64,000 bases of DNA from Methanotrichaceae archaeon (GTDB taxonomy: Archaea > Halobacteriota > Methanosarcinia > Methanotrichales > Methanotrichaceae). Both the position numbers and the translations under genes were made by a program. Positions 63,377 through 64,000 of the stretch are shown in pieces. The notes below the pieces were generated by a model. The model was not told the DNA's origin, did no database searches, and saw only the letters and a list, made by a program, of their open reading frames with translations. Location of the stretch: the NCBI GenBank assembly GCA_963754945.1, contig CAVWIG010000013.1, positions 1 through 64,000 of the forward strand. Reading direction: 5' to 3'. Within the stretch, counting starts at the first letter, position 1; each line of letters starts with the position of its first letter.

Positions 63377-63677
63377 CGTTTTATGCAACTTCCGACCTTA
63401 TCAGAACTATAACGTTGGTAATCTTAGCAATTATTCTTCATCCTTGGAGCAACCTTCGAGAAAGCTGATTCGACCCAGTGATTCCACGTGTTCTTGAAGT
63501 CTGGTGATCTTCAAGTTTCCTTCGTTTCCTTATGCTCCAGATCCTTCGACGCCCCCTGAAGTAGATGCGTCTTTTTGAGCAAAGTTTTATTACAATCAAG
63601 AGAATAATATGGGTGTTGGCAAGAATTCAAACATCACAGAGTTTGCGGGAAGTCGGTTCTAAGTACTTGCTCAATAA

Positions 63678-64000
63678 TCAGTTGATTTTACTAGCACTGA
63701 GAATGAGATCGGATAACTTTGGCATAGAATAACTATCTGAGAATATATCATAAAGATATTTGTAAAAGCTTATTCCGAGCTTCCTGCAAGTATCGATTAT
63801 AGAGAGCATGTTTTCCCATGCAAGCTTGCCGAGTTCACTTCTTGTTCCATAACTGATTTTTCTCTTGATCACACCTTCTCGCACAGCTATCTCTGCGAGA
63901 TTGTTATGAAGCGGAACATTTGGAAAATCCAACACCAGCAACAACTCTTGTTTCTTTTTCTTAGTCTTTGTAATGCGATCATCCAACGTCCCGTAACCAG
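63678..64000 (-). mobile_element. IS66-family transposase C-terminus (runs off the window)
   Basis: PLHNNLAE..R..KRKIS.GTRS..G....S...TCRKLG. Confidence 0.85.

Overview
Archaeal chromosomal window. Gene content (Rpp21, TATA-type promoters, methanogen-type IS families, a Methanosarcinales/Methanotrichales-type CRISPR repeat) suggests a Methanothrix-like methanogen; this is an inference. Ordinary genes include panE, a family-4 UDG, an NDP-sugar synthase, pstSCA and pstB-phoU, glycogen phosphorylase, rubrerythrin, an HDAC and an asparagine-synthase-like protein. They are interleaved with many IS elements (four IS256, IS481, IS5, IS66 and two MITE types), two secreted papain-like proteases, a truncated contractile-injection-system baseplate module, a probable provirus remnant and a catalase relic. 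The strongest unexplained signal is non-coding. Apart from one IS256, 35.6-38.8 kb has no credible CDS but holds two tandem ~300-nt covarying structured repeats with a possible kissing-loop interaction, plus a ~530-660-nt multi-domain pseudoknotted RNA-like element. A diverged homolog of that element lies across glgP at 41.37-41.89 kb. Several other intergenic regions also fold strongly. All folds were read by eye, not computed. Some frameshifts fall in short homopolymer or dinucleotide runs and may be assembly errors.
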